Source: Carpediemonas membranifera BICM
Taxonomy: Eukaryota > Protista > Fornicata
Assembly: GCA_019828565.1 (NCBI GenBank)
Contig: JAHDYR010000062.1
Coordinates: 297,666-361,665 of the forward strand
Direction of reading: 5' to 3'
DNA: 64,000 nt
A program made the position numbers and the translations under genes. The notes under the pieces were generated by a model. That model was not told the DNA's origin, searched no databases, and saw only the letters and a list, made by a program, of their open reading frames with translations. This document shows positions 11,865-22,712 of this stretch, piece by piece; positions within the stretch are counted from its first letter, which is position 1, and each line of letters starts with the position of its first letter.

Positions 11865-12551
11865 TTACTCATTTGAGTTGACGTTAGCTGCGTGGAAGAG
11901 CAGGAGGCTCGCGTAAACGGGTATACGCAGAACATCACGAGCCTCTGCAGCGGCACGGGCAGCGTTCCTCTTCTCAATCACAGCGGCGAGGTCCTTGAAG
12001 GTCTTCGAGTGCTTCTTGAGGACAAGCTGCGGACGCTCGAAGATGAGCTTAGAGTCCTTGCGGCACACACTCTCCAGAAGGACCTCTCTGACCTTGTCGA
12101 CAGAGATACCAAGCCTCTGGGCGACGAAGGCGTAAGCGCGGGGGCGGACCGACTGAGGGATGCCGTGGAACAGCTCGCGGTACTCACGGACAGTTGCCAA
12201 GAGAGGGCTGCCATGGTCGACCTCATCTCCTTCGGCGTCCAGGCTGATGAGGGCCCTGAAGCGCTTCTCCTTGGCCTCAGAAGACTCGCCCTTGTACTGC
12301 GCCATGATCTGCTCAATGCTATCGAGAGAACGGAACTCCGCTTCATCCCTAAGATCCTCCGGAACGAATGTGGGGAGGTCATTGGGGCGTCTGTCAACCA
12401 CCTCATTGCAAATGCGGTTTCCGGTGGCGACATCGGCAGCGGAGATGCTTCCAGCAGCGTGCTCCTTCTCTAAGTAAGTAGAAATCATTTCCACAGCGTT
12501 TAGACGCTTTCTGCCCTTGCTCTTAGCAGTATTACTCCGTTTCGGAGGCAT
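11865..12551 (-). CDS. Hypothetical transposon cargo protein (basic NLS-like N-terminus, helical)
   Basis: 228-aa ATG ORF with coding-like composition, convergent with the GNAT gene; no family recognised. Confidence 0.7.
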   Translation of the reverse strand: MPPKRSNTAKSKGRKRLNAVEMISTYLEKEHAAGSISAADVATGNRICNEVVDRRPNDLPTFVPEDLRDEAEFRSLDSIEQIMAQYKGESSEAKEKRFRALISLDAEGDEVDHGSPLLATVREYRELFHGIPQSVRPRAYAFVAQRLGISVDKVREVLLESVCRKDSKLIFERPQLVLKKHSKTFKDLAAVIEKRNAARAAAEARDVLRIPVYASLLLFHAANVNSNE

Positions 12552-12881
12552 AACGTTTCTTCAAGGTGCACTTTATGCTCGCAACGAAATTAGAAAACCA
12601 AACGAAGAAAGGAGAAGAGTATCGATCCTCAAACGCTGGCAAGCATGTGTATATCACTAAAACAACATCATGAGAGCTCTGTGGCCTCGAATGGCCTGTA
12701 ATAGAACCTAAACAACATCAACAATTGTAACTCGTCGAGGAAGCGTTGAGATGAACTATAAACGCGGGAATGGATCAAACAATGGATTTAAGAGTGGCAT
12801 ACAAGGCCAGAATACCGCAATTATCGTCCGTTGATCCACGTGACCTCCATCTTGGTCGGTATCCAGAGAAAGCCCTTCAGA

Positions 12882-12942
12882 TGTCATAAGGCATCCACGT
12901 CCGCAGTTTATGTAAATGTTCCAATCTCTTCGCCCCGGCACA
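12882..12942 (+). repeat. E5 5' LTR (61 bp)
   Basis: Identical to 17403-17463; TGT...ACA ends. Confidence 0.96.
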
Positions 12943-12958
12943 GTGATCACTTTCCGAA

Positions 12959-15900
12959 ATGAATAATTGGATTCCGCCATCACTATCGGACTTCTCTAGA
13001 GAGTCCGTTCGCGCGTTCAAACGCGCCCTCACGTTCGCGCAGAAGCATGCTCCTACCACAACCGTCATAACGGCTTACGAGTGCCTCACCGAGGATCAAG
13101 TCAGTCATGTCCGATTTGTCCGCAACGTCGACGTCGAAGCACTCAACGACGCAGAACTTCTCGCCGAAATCACCGCTCTTTCTTTCCCGAGAACCCTTGA
13201 GAAAACCATCCAAGAAATCCGGGCCCTCACGCAGGACCGAACCAAGTCCACGATCGAGGCCGTATCTCGTCTCATGGCTGAGACCGAGGAGCTGCGCTCC
13301 CACGCCCATGCCCTTCTCAACGCCGAGCTCGGCGCCAAGCCAGAGCCCGAGCCCGCCGAGGTGGATGAAGACGAGGCCGCCCTCAGCAAGGTCATCACCC
13401 AGAAGCCAGACAGCACGCCGAGTGAGCAGGACACCCCGAGAAAAGCCAGCCCCACCCGCGGACTCGATAAGATCATCGCCAAAGCTTTTATCGCCGCCCT
13501 TCGCCCGGTCTCACTTGCCAACCGTATTCAGCAAAAGTGGGACCTCTCTGGCGCCCGGGACATCGATAGCTTATTTGTGCACACGCGCGAGCTCATACTG
13601 CACGCCATTGACGCCCGTGAAGTCCTCGGAAGCGTGATTCAAGACATATCCATCACATCCTCCAGCACGAGCTCCATCACGAGCTCCAGCACTGGCCCGA
13701 AACATAGCCAGAACGCCAACACCAGATCCCGCCGCGAGCGCCGGCGCCCTCCTCCATACGCGTGCTCCTGTGGAGGCATGCACTGGAAGGCTGATTGCCC
13801 GCACCGCGGCAGCACGCCCGGACAGCCCCAGGCTACCAAAGGCCACCCCGCCGCGGCCCGCGACGCCAGACCGGCACCTCAGCCGCAACGCCAGCCCCAA
13901 GCGGCCAACAAACCGGCTCAGCCACAGCCGGCACCAGCTGCTCAGAAGCAGCAGCAAAAGTCATCCCAGCAGCCACAGCCTCGCCCCGACGAGAGACGCG
14001 CTGGGAACATGGTGCTCCGGGACAGATCCAAGCTGATCAACTCTCGTCCAGGAGTCCACGAAGTCGAAGTCGCACACAATGCTTGTGATGATGCCTTTAT
14101 CGAAGAAGTTGCCGCTTCAACTGCATTCTCAGTTAAGGGAGCTGTGAATGACCAAGAACAGGTGATATTGATCGATAGCGGCTCCGCAATCACGATCATC
14201 TCCACAACCTCCGTTAAGACGCTCCAACTCGTCACACATGAGCTTGAAAAGCCATTTACTGTTCAGTCCGTTACCAATGAGCCCATCCTCATCACTCACT
14301 ACGTCCAAGCGCGGATCACGTTGCCCAGCACATCTGGAAACGTCATCGTCGATCTCATCCTCTACATCATGACGCGCGCCACTGAACGTGTGCTCATTGG
14401 ATGCGACGTGCTTCGCGCGCTCGGTTATCTCTCCGAGAGTGGCCTCCACATCCCACTTCTTCCGGATTCACGCCCGGAGGACGCCACCGATGGCCTCCCA
14501 CTCCACAAGTACCTCGACGCCCCCGTCGAGGCCGTCTCCTCAAGCGAGTTTCACACCGACGCGTGTGAGATACACGAGCTCTCCACCAAGGCCCAGACCG
14601 ACGAGCTACATTCGATCCTCCGTCGGTTCGATCACCTATTCGACCCCGTCATAAGCAAACAGCCGTGCTCGTTTGCCCCTATGCGCATCCCGCTTTACGA
14701 CAACGCCCCTCCGATCCGTCTTCGCCCGCGCAACCTACACCCGAAGAAGCTGGAGTGGCTGTTGCCATACGTCGAGCGCCTGCGCCAGGACGAGATCACA
14801 CAGCCCTCTGAGGGGCCTTACGCAAGCCCCATCGTCCTGGTCGCAAAGGGCGACGCCTACCGTCTCTGTATCGACTACGGCCGCCTCAACTCTTGGACAG
14901 TACCCGACCGGCACCCGATCCCCAACATGCGAGAACTCCTCAACCTCGCGTCGGGCTGCACACGCTTTGCGACGCTAGACCTGACGTCGGGCTACTGGCA
15001 GGTGGCCATGCACCCAGACGACGTGCCTAAGACGGCCTTCACCGCCCCGGGCGTCTACGAGGAATTCCTCAGGATGCCGTTCGGCCTTTGCAACGCGCCT
15101 TCTCACTTCCAGCGGGAGATCGAAGGCATGCTCGCCCCACTGTTGTACAAGGGCGCCAACCCCTACATCGACGACATATTCATCTACGCCCGTGACGATG
15201 ACTCCTTCCTACGCATTCTCCGCGACCTGCTCACACGCGCGGACGCTGCAGGCGTTCAGTTCAGCGCCAAGAAGGGAGTCTTCGGCACCACCAGCGCCAA
15301 GATTGTCGGCTTTACGGTCGACCAGGCCGGAGTACACGTCGACCCAGCCAGGACCCAAGCCCTACGCGATCTACCTGCACCCACCAACGTCCACGAGCTT
15401 CGCGTAGTCCTCGGACAGTTCCAGTACCTCGCATCATTCGTTCCCCATACACGACACGAGTACATGAGACCTCTCAACGATCTTCTGCAAAAGGACCGTC
15501 TGTGGGAATGGACAGCGGAGCACGACGCCGCTTTCGACGGCCTGAAGACCCTGTTCACTGACGATCTCTTTATCGCACATCCGGACGCCGACGCCGACTG
15601 GACGCTCGAGACAGACGCTAGCAACATCGGAGCAGGCGGCGTACTATGGCAGACAAAGGACGATAAGACACAGGTCCTCGCCTACTTCTCTCACACATTC
15701 ACGTCAACCCAGTCGCGCTGGGCCACGTGTGAGCAGGAGCTATTTGCCATTGTCTTTTGCCTTACACACCCGACCCTGTCACCCCTCCTACGCCTGAAGA
15801 GGTTCCTCCTACGGACCGACCACCGTAATCTTATTTACATGATCGCCAAGTCATCCGAGAACGACAAGATCAACCGGTGGAGACTGACATTAGCAGACTA

Positions 15901-17410
15901 CAAGTTCGATGTCGAGCACGTTCCCGGCCTACAGAACGCAGTCGCAGACGCGCTGAGCCGCTGCGGTCACTCGACCTCGCCCACTGTCGCAGCCATCACG
16001 ACTGACTCCCGCTACCATGACACACTCATCAAACACCAGACAGACGACTCTACCGTCTCCAAGCTGACCGTAGACAGCGACGGTCTTCGCCGCAAGGACG
16101 GCCTCGTCGTCATCCCTACTTCAACCGTGTGCAGACCCCTCCGAAAGGAGCTGATACAGATCGCCCACAGAGGACACCACGGCGCCAAGGCTACCATCGA
16201 ACGCCTGAGAGCAGACGGCTATACCTGGACAGGCTGCACAACAGATGTCGAGGAGTTCATCGCCTCATGTGACGAGTGCCAGAAAGCTCGCCTACGCAAC
16301 TTCGCCGAGGCAGAGCTCCGCACAACAGCAGTGTACAAACCGTTCCACACTGTCGCAGTGGATACTATTGGTCCAATCCCGGCAGACGCAGTCGGCTCCA
16401 GATACATCACAGTTATGGTCGATATGTTTACTCGCTACACTGAGTTGGCCGCGACGGACGAGAACACAGCTGATGCAGCGTCAGAGGCCCTCTGGCGCCA
16501 GGTGATTACCCGTCATGGGACTCCCCTGTTCATCAAGTCCGACAACGGGCCTGAGTTCACCGGCAACGTCGTCAAGGCCCTGCTCGAAAGCGCGGACATC
16601 ACCCAGCAATTCACCCTCCCCTACCACCCTCAGTCGAATGGGCTGGTAGAGCGTCGTAACGCGGAGGTCATGAAGCATCTTCGCTGTTTGATCCTCCAAT
16701 TCGACAAGTTCTCCCGTTGGAGCGACCTCCTTCCGGTAGTTCAGCTGCTGCTGAACGCAACCACCTGCAGCGCCACTGGGGTCACACCCCACGCCATGCT
16801 GTATGGAGACCAACTCGACCCCAGCTCCACAGTCGCTAGAATCCTCCGACCGAGCGACAATGACTCGCCCCTTGCCTCAGCCTCAGCCTACATCACTTTA
16901 CTTCGAGCCCACCTCTCCAAGTTGACCTCTAGGGCGGCCGAGAAGCAGCGCGAGACTGTAGACAAGCGCCTCGCCAAGGCCAACGCCGACCGCCAGCCGA
17001 CTAGCTTCAAGGAAGGCGACCTCGTCCTGCTCAACCGGACGAAGACCCCAAAGCTGCATGGCTTCGCCGGCCCGTTCAAGATTCTCGCCATCAAGGACAA
17101 CAACACCCTTCAGCTGGTCGACCTTTTCGAGAGCGCCCCCTTCATGGCTCACGTAGACCAGGTCCTTCCTTTCAACACCAAGTCGGGGCTCAGCCGCCTG
17201 AAGAACCTCGCCGCCTCCGACGAGCAGACGTACGTCGTGCAAGGCATCGAGAAGCACCGTCGCCGCAACGGCACACTGCAGCTCCTCGTCTGCTGGGAGG
17301 GCGACTACGATCCCACATGGGAACCCGCTGACGGGCTCCGCCACGTCACTGCGGCACGTGACTACCTCAAGTCCCACAAGCTCAAGCTTAAGGGGGGTAG
17401 GATGTCATAA
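12959..17410 (+). CDS. E5 single-ORF Gag-Pol with chromodomain (1483 aa)
   Basis: CSCGGMHWKADC knuckle, LIDSGS protease, MPFGL and YIDD RT, TDAS RNase H, HHCC + SDNG + VERRN integrase, and YVVQGIEKH..CWEGDY.PTWEP chromodomain. Confidence 0.97.
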   Translation: MNNWIPPSLSDFSRESVRAFKRALTFAQKHAPTTTVITAYECLTEDQVSHVRFVRNVDVEALNDAELLAEITALSFPRTLEKTIQEIRALTQDRTKSTIEAVSRLMAETEELRSHAHALLNAELGAKPEPEPAEVDEDEAALSKVITQKPDSTPSEQDTPRKASPTRGLDKIIAKAFIAALRPVSLANRIQQKWDLSGARDIDSLFVHTRELILHAIDAREVLGSVIQDISITSSSTSSITSSSTGPKHSQNANTRSRRERRRPPPYACSCGGMHWKADCPHRGSTPGQPQATKGHPAAARDARPAPQPQRQPQAANKPAQPQPAPAAQKQQQKSSQQPQPRPDERRAGNMVLRDRSKLINSRPGVHEVEVAHNACDDAFIEEVAASTAFSVKGAVNDQEQVILIDSGSAITIISTTSVKTLQLVTHELEKPFTVQSVTNEPILITHYVQARITLPSTSGNVIVDLILYIMTRATERVLIGCDVLRALGYLSESGLHIPLLPDSRPEDATDGLPLHKYLDAPVEAVSSSEFHTDACEIHELSTKAQTDELHSILRRFDHLFDPVISKQPCSFAPMRIPLYDNAPPIRLRPRNLHPKKLEWLLPYVERLRQDEITQPSEGPYASPIVLVAKGDAYRLCIDYGRLNSWTVPDRHPIPNMRELLNLASGCTRFATLDLTSGYWQVAMHPDDVPKTAFTAPGVYEEFLRMPFGLCNAPSHFQREIEGMLAPLLYKGANPYIDDIFIYARDDDSFLRILRDLLTRADAAGVQFSAKKGVFGTTSAKIVGFTVDQAGVHVDPARTQALRDLPAPTNVHELRVVLGQFQYLASFVPHTRHEYMRPLNDLLQKDRLWEWTAEHDAAFDGLKTLFTDDLFIAHPDADADWTLETDASNIGAGGVLWQTKDDKTQVLAYFSHTFTSTQSRWATCEQELFAIVFCLTHPTLSPLLRLKRFLLRTDHRNLIYMIAKSSENDKINRWRLTLADYKFDVEHVPGLQNAVADALSRCGHSTSPTVAAITTDSRYHDTLIKHQTDDSTVSKLTVDSDGLRRKDGLVVIPTSTVCRPLRKELIQIAHRGHHGAKATIERLRADGYTWTGCTTDVEEFIASCDECQKARLRNFAEAELRTTAVYKPFHTVAVDTIGPIPADAVGSRYITVMVDMFTRYTELAATDENTADAASEALWRQVITRHGTPLFIKSDNGPEFTGNVVKALLESADITQQFTLPYHPQSNGLVERRNAEVMKHLRCLILQFDKFSRWSDLLPVVQLLLNATTCSATGVTPHAMLYGDQLDPSSTVARILRPSDNDSPLASASAYITLLRAHLSKLTSRAAEKQRETVDKRLAKANADRQPTSFKEGDLVLLNRTKTPKLHGFAGPFKILAIKDNNTLQLVDLFESAPFMAHVDQVLPFNTKSGLSRLKNLAASDEQTYVVQGIEKHRRRNGTLQLLVCWEGDYDPTWEPADGLRHVTAARDYLKSHKLKLKGGRMS

Positions 17411-17463
17411 GGCATCCACGTCCGCAGTTTATGTAAATGTTCCAATCTCTTCGCCCCGGCACA
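17403..17463 (+). repeat. E5 3' LTR (61 bp)
   Basis: Identical to the 5' LTR; contains the pol stop codon. Confidence 0.96.
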
Positions 17464-17666
17464 CAGACGCTCGCAACACAACATTTAGAAGACTTATCGT
17501 GAATGGCTCCTTCCATGATGGACCTTCACCTGGACATGCCATCTCTGACATGTCCAATGGTCTCCATTGAGCTCGCATTCATCCCTCTGAGCATCCGCCC
17601 CATGGTCCAATCAGATGCCCAATCAAAATTCTGCACCGAAGTGCCCCGAGGACCTCCTCTGAGTTC

Positions 17667-17833
17667 ATAAGGCTCTCAGAGCCTTATACACCAATTCGAA
17701 ATCGTGTATAAGGCTCTCAGAGCCTAATGAATCTCCCGCGCGCCGTTGCCTACTGATACTGGTCATTTTTCCGCATGGTTTATTAGGCTCTCAGAGCCTT
17801 ATGAATTTTTTCATTAGGTCCTGAGAGCCTTAT
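17667..17833. repeat. Four copies of a 21-bp near-palindrome ATAAGGCTCTCAGAGCCTTAT
   Basis: Copies at 17667-17687, 17708-17728, 17782-17802 and 17813-17833. The last ends 4 bp before the ATG at 17838. Confidence 0.9.
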
Positions 17834-17837
17834 AATC

Positions 17838-19213
17838 ATGCAATCGGTTTTCGACTTCTACATGCTCTTGAAGCGTTCGAAAACGTTTGGTAAGCAGTTC
17901 TTTATCTTCTATGACAGCGCTGAGATCAGTCAGGCCTCATCAAACGCGCAGGAGATGATCAAGTGCTCACTTCTTCGTAAGTTCCTTCTGCCCGATGACA
18001 AGATCCTCACCGCCCTTCTTCGTGATCGTAAGTACTTTCCCCCATACCTTTTTACACAGATATTGGCTGGAAAACGCTTCGCAAGCTCTTCAGGTCGCCT
18101 CACCTTATCCTGCACCTAAGAGAAACTGCCGAGGCTCAGCTTGAGCTGATCACGACATCGGCTGAGCTGAAGAAGGTCATGGGAGATCATGCCTACGACA
18201 GCCTTGTCCAGAAGGTCCGCCGAGAAGTGTCTTCGGATCACGAGCACGACGTTGGAGGTAAGTACTCCAAATAACTCCTGCTTATTCAGTCCTTTCGCTG
18301 CTCCGTGAGCGCATAATGCGCAAGGTGAAGCCAGGAAGGTCGGGGGTCGTCCGTTCGTTCAAGAACAACGCCGAGCCTGAGCTGTCGGACCCGGTCGACG
18401 TGCAGTTCGACCGGATAAGGCACCTGGACGCGCTTCTGATGGACTCTCCCGTCCACAGAAGTACCCTGAGTGGCACATCGCGCCTCCTGCGCCGCCATCT
18501 TGCCGTGGAACACAACGGTGCGATCCGTGATTTGAAGAGGGAGCTTTGGCGAGCCCGGGCCAAGATTGAAAAGCTCGAGACGGAGAAGCTTGTGCCCTTG
18601 AAGAAGGAGGCTGAGGTCATAGACCTGGATCGGGAGGCTTTGGTGGCCGCAGACCCCAAAGATGACGTCCAGACCATCATGGAGAAGACCGCTAAGAAGT
18701 TTAAGAACGATACAAGCTCTCTGAAGCGGTCTGAGGTGCCTGGGGATGGCTCATGCATTCTCAGCGCCATGCATCTCATCAGGACTGGGTCCCAGCCTAC
18801 TGTTGGTGAGAAGCTTCAGCTGTACGAGGACATCCGATCCTTCTGTGAGGGCAAGGGGGTTCGAGGGCGACCCGTTCTCTGAGATGCCTGGCTCCCCTTT
18901 CCCCTGGGCAGACCATGAGGCCATCCAGGCCAGTGTAGAGCTGAGTCACACTCCGGTAATCATCACCCAGATCGACGAGGACCTTACCTGCCTCTGGGTC
19001 CACAAAGGTTGGGAAGATTCAGAGTTCTTGCCCATCCAGGATGCGACGCTGGACAAGATCTTAGGTCTTTGTGAGAGCATGAAGCTCACTCAGTTCATCG
19101 TCATCGAGAATCGTCATGCCTGTGTCTACAGTCTTCCGGACCGCAAGCGCAAGGCAGCTGCCGCAGAGCCCGAGAAGCGTGCTACTCGTCCGGAGGATGT
19201 CACCCGCTCATAA
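17838..19213 (+). CDS. Spliced gene: coiled-coil plus OTU-like cysteine protease (deubiquitinase)
   Basis: Two 32-nt GTAAGT...CAG introns (18028-18059, 18258-18289) splice into one frame; there is a +1 break in G5 at 18855-18859. OTU motifs VPGDGSCILSA, WADHEAIQA and ENRHACVY. Confidence 0.75.
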
Positions 19214-19286
19214 ATGATTGATTGAATTGATATCTCTTCAAGTTTATTCACTCTTGCCTTGAGTCATGCGCGCAGTGTGGAAGCGC

Positions 19287-20247
19287 TTACGGGCGGGGTT
19301 GGACTTGGTCTTCCGCTTGCGGGGCTGCGGCTTGACCTGCAGTATTTTTGAACTGCTCCACCTTTCGAGCGAGGTAGTGAGGGTCATCTATGGCGAGACT
19401 CTTGAAGCGAGCAACCGGGTGCTCCTCTTCATCGGCCTCAAAGTAGGTCTCGCCATAATCGATGCGCAAGAACTCGCCGCGAACGATGTTGGCAGTGGCC
19501 CTGACCGATATCACTGGCAGGCCATCCACCAAGACGTCCACGAACTCACAGTTGACATCGTCAGGGCTGTGGTTAATCAGGTGGACACCCGCTGCGGCCG
19601 ACATGGCATCGACGGCGACCTGACTGTCAGCGAATGACATGCTGTGTAATGGTAATGGAATATGCGAAACAAACACCATCTGGCCGTTGTTGCTGGCCGT
19701 CTCAGCATCGGGAATCAGCTTCCCGAGAGTATATGCCGAGACATGTGCCAGCTGAGATATCCTCAGTGGCAATCATGCCTCGGCCGACGCTCTGCGTCCG
19801 ATTGAGGGCCGGATGGTCGGGCTCCTGGGTCAGACGGGGGTCGCAACGGGTCTCGGATGAGATCCAGGCCGGAGCAGGAATGGCCTGAAGGCTTATCTCA
19901 TCCGAAATCAGCCGCTTGACGTCCTGCAGGTCTGAACCCGGGTAAACATGCGTCCACCTAGGGTGGACGTGCATGACGGACCCCTCGACGGAGTCCTCCT
20001 CGGCTTCAGACGAGCTGGATGAATGGGAAGGCGACTCGGGAGGCGGAGGAGGAGGAGAATCTTGCTCCTTACCATCCTCGGGCGACTCGGGAGGCGGAGG
20101 AGGAGGTGATGCTGCCGTTACAGTCGTTTCCGCAGGACGTTGATCCTGCGGAGAAGCAGATGACTCAAAAGTCTTGTTGGGTGGATTTTGAGTCCTTCTC
20201 TTACCTACCGGTTGCTGCTTCCTTGCGGGCATCTTTCTTCTCGCCAT
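19287..20247 (-). CDS. SET-domain lysine methyltransferase with basic/Pro-rich N-terminus (+1 break near 19727; possible 33-nt intron 19642-19674)
   Basis: GRGMIATEDISAGTCLGIY, AVDA, LINHSP..NC and VRATANIVRGEFLRIDYGETYF are the canonical SET motifs. Confidence 0.85.
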
Positions 20248-20442
20248 ATCTTCGTTCTCTTTTTTTTTCTCGCAACTCCCGATCCGAAGAACAGGCGCAT
20301 CGCTGATCAGATCCGAACAATACTGCAGTAGCATGCATAAATAGTGTAGCAATGAAGGTATACCTCTTTACTTGGATCAAAAGCTTGTCCTTTGCTTCAA
20401 ATCAAAATGTGCCATTCATGAAAAAAAAATGGCACATTGCAA

Positions 20443-21297
20443 ATGGACGAGAAATACGGAGAATTCGGCACGCGACGCATCAGTAAGGACCAAGAAGTCT
20501 TTGAATGTGTCTGTGGTAAGGTTCAGCTCAGGCGTGGACATCGCGGGATCGGTTTCAAGTCTTCTTCCTCTCACGAGTGTCCTTTTACAACAGAGAAGTT
20601 GATTAACCGACGGGTGCTAATCACCATCGAGCCGCTGCATGGTTTCGAGACCCCGACTCAGCCCTACCCCGTCTTCCGCGTGGAAAGTCTTGCCAACTCA
20701 TCTGGCTATCATTTCAAGCTCAAGACGGCTCTAGAGCTCGTTGATGATGAGTGGCTGACTGCCGTTGCCCGCACCTTTAAGTCTACGTCCCATCTGGCCG
20801 AGGTACTTGAGGAGTTGGCGTCGCAGTACTCTAACTTCGACACTTACTGGGTGATATCGGGTCATTCTGATACAGAAACGTCGCGTATGATCATTGATAC
20901 GTCTACGAACGAGTTTCTGTATCACCATGATCTGGTCCAGCTCATCCTCAGGTCATTCGAGAGCCCTTCCTTGGTGAGATCGACGCGTGTGCGTCTGATT
21001 TACTTTGCCACCTGCTCCGGACTCGACAGATCTGAGGAGTCTCAGCTGTGCAGTGCTATTTCGACAGCCAAGTACAAGAACACATGCATTATCCTCACTC
21101 CTGAGAAGGTTCTGGCGCATGAGCTTGTTCTCCAGGACGCCTATTGGCTCTACCGCGTGACATGCCTCGACAATCCTCTTTTTCTTTCTGACGAAGTACT
21201 TCTCTGGCTATCGTTTCGCGCCTGGCTCAGCAGGAAGACGGATTATAGCCAATGGTTCCTTGTCATTTCCCAACGAGGCCAGGGTCATCATGTCTGA
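20443..21297 (+). CDS. Putative caspase/CHAT-fold (clan CD) peptidase-like protein
   Basis: Hydrophobic strand followed by SGHS (YWVISGHSD) and a second strand followed by C (LIYFATCSG) suggest a His-Cys dyad. N-terminal CxC...HxC. Confidence 0.5.
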   Translation: MDEKYGEFGTRRISKDQEVFECVCGKVQLRRGHRGIGFKSSSSHECPFTTEKLINRRVLITIEPLHGFETPTQPYPVFRVESLANSSGYHFKLKTALELVDDEWLTAVARTFKSTSHLAEVLEELASQYSNFDTYWVISGHSDTETSRMIIDTSTNEFLYHHDLVQLILRSFESPSLVRSTRVRLIYFATCSGLDRSEESQLCSAISTAKYKNTCIILTPEKVLAHELVLQDAYWLYRVTCLDNPLFLSDEVLLWLSFRAWLSRKTDYSQWFLVISQRGQGHHV

Positions 21298-21491
21298 GAC
21301 TAGCTATGCCCGGCCCATTCCTCTTCCTGAAATGCAAGACATCGTTTCTGATGTCAACGAGTATGACCCGTTAAGAACCGACCAGAGAAGACTTATGAAT
21401 GATCGATACATAAGCATGATGACCCGTGCGCTTGAGAGAGACGTGTAGTAAACAGATATATATACAATTTATGATCATCTCTCACTAAACA

Positions 21492-22712
21492 CTAAACAAT
21501 CGGTCTCATGCCCTCTACTCGCTTATAGACAACCTTACATTTGCTGCAGAGGGGAACGATGTACAACTTGCCATCAATGGTGTACTGCACTTCCTCAGAG
21601 CAATGCTCACAGTACCACCAGTGACAGCCTCGGCAGCAAAGAAGAGTAGAAGCCTGTTCTTCTGCTTTCTTCGTGTTCTTGGATCTTAGGCCCTTTTTGC
21701 ACGCCTGGCACTTGTTGCTAGAGCCGGTAATATAGCACGCGGGACAGTAGTCCTTCTTGCCCTTCGTCCTGACACATTGCTCGTGCAGGAAACCTTTGCA
21801 AGCACAGCATCTCCTGAACGTAGTGCCGTCTGGATTGAAGAACCACTCGGGGGTACCACACACAAGACATCCAAATAGCATTTTGCGCTGATGAAGGCTA
21901 AGGAAAGTCGTCTTACATGTCTCGGGTTCGGTAGGCGGGTCTCTCACACGGGTCTCTGAGACAACGTCGTTGATCAGGACCTTAATACGGTCAACAACAG
22001 CATCGGACACGTTGTTAGACACCTGCTGCAGATCGTCGTCACCAAGCCTGGGTCGCTTGGCTTCCTCGTCGTCAAAGACGATCTTCTTCCGAACCGGCAC
22101 CGATCGATCTGTCGTTGACTGAGGTGTGTCTGCTTCATCACCAACACCAAGTGAAGACAGTTGCGTAGTCGACCGTATCGGTGGGATCTCTGCCTTGATC
22201 ATCGTAGTCGGGGTCGATTTGACCGTTGCCTTTTGCTTGACAGGCTTATATCTCACCCGGTTGATCACAGGCAAGTTCTCAAGGCTGATTGAGTCGGAAA
22301 CATCGTTCAGTCCAGCATCTGAGAGAACTTCTGAGAGCATCTGGCGGAACTCGGCATGGCAGGGCTGACTACGGACAGCAATGTGCTGCATGACAGAGCC
22401 ATTGTACTCCGCAGAGGGTCTAACTGCTGTTATAAACGTAGTAACGCCGACAACAGTCGTCCGCCTGACCTGTTCCCGGAGTTCAATTGACTTGAACCCA
22501 GGGCATTCGGCGACCCTGCGCTGGACCTCCAGAAGTACCTTATGGATGTCGCGTGCACTCAAGCCGAGGTCAGTTGCCTCGTCGTCCTCAAATACTGAAG
22601 AAACAACGGCTGTAACAAATGAACGACGGAGATTTGCGAGCTTACTGTTGCCATACTGTCTGATGGGGGGCGTAGCAGCAATAGGTTCTGGTACAGACAC
22701 TTCTGAATTCAT
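21492..22712 (-). CDS. Tandem PHD/Cys-rich zinc-finger protein
   Basis: CLVC...CCAC..LHEQC...YCPAC (C4HC3 PHD pattern), followed by a second finger CQAC...CRGC..YCEHC...CSKC. Confidence 0.8.
   Translation of the reverse strand: MNSEVSVPEPIAATPPIRQYGNSKLANLRRSFVTAVVSSVFEDDEATDLGLSARDIHKVLLEVQRRVAECPGFKSIELREQVRRTTVVGVTTFITAVRPSAEYNGSVMQHIAVRSQPCHAEFRQMLSEVLSDAGLNDVSDSISLENLPVINRVRYKPVKQKATVKSTPTTMIKAEIPPIRSTTQLSSLGVGDEADTPQSTTDRSVPVRKKIVFDDEEAKRPRLGDDDLQQVSNNVSDAVVDRIKVLINDVVSETRVRDPPTEPETCKTTFLSLHQRKMLFGCLVCGTPEWFFNPDGTTFRRCCACKGFLHEQCVRTKGKKDYCPACYITGSSNKCQACKKGLRSKNTKKAEEQASTLLCCRGCHWWYCEHCSEEVQYTIDGKLYIVPLCSKCKVVYKRVEGMRPIV

Larger units (their letters stand above)
12882..17463 (+). mobile_element. 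Complete intact Gypsy/chromovirus element E5 (4,582 bp) nested in the DNA transposon
   Basis: Identical 61-bp LTRs (12882-12942, 17403-17463), 4-bp TSD CAGA (12878-12881 / 17464-17467) and PPT AAGGGGGGTAGGA. Confidence 0.97.

Noticed and set aside
17667-17833. CRISPR array
   Set aside because: Spacers are irregular (20, 53 and 10 bp), the context is eukaryotic, and there are no cas genes.
20029-20106. Direct repeat in the SET gene
   Set aside because: Encodes a duplicated SPPPPPPESP low-complexity peptide; not a separate element.
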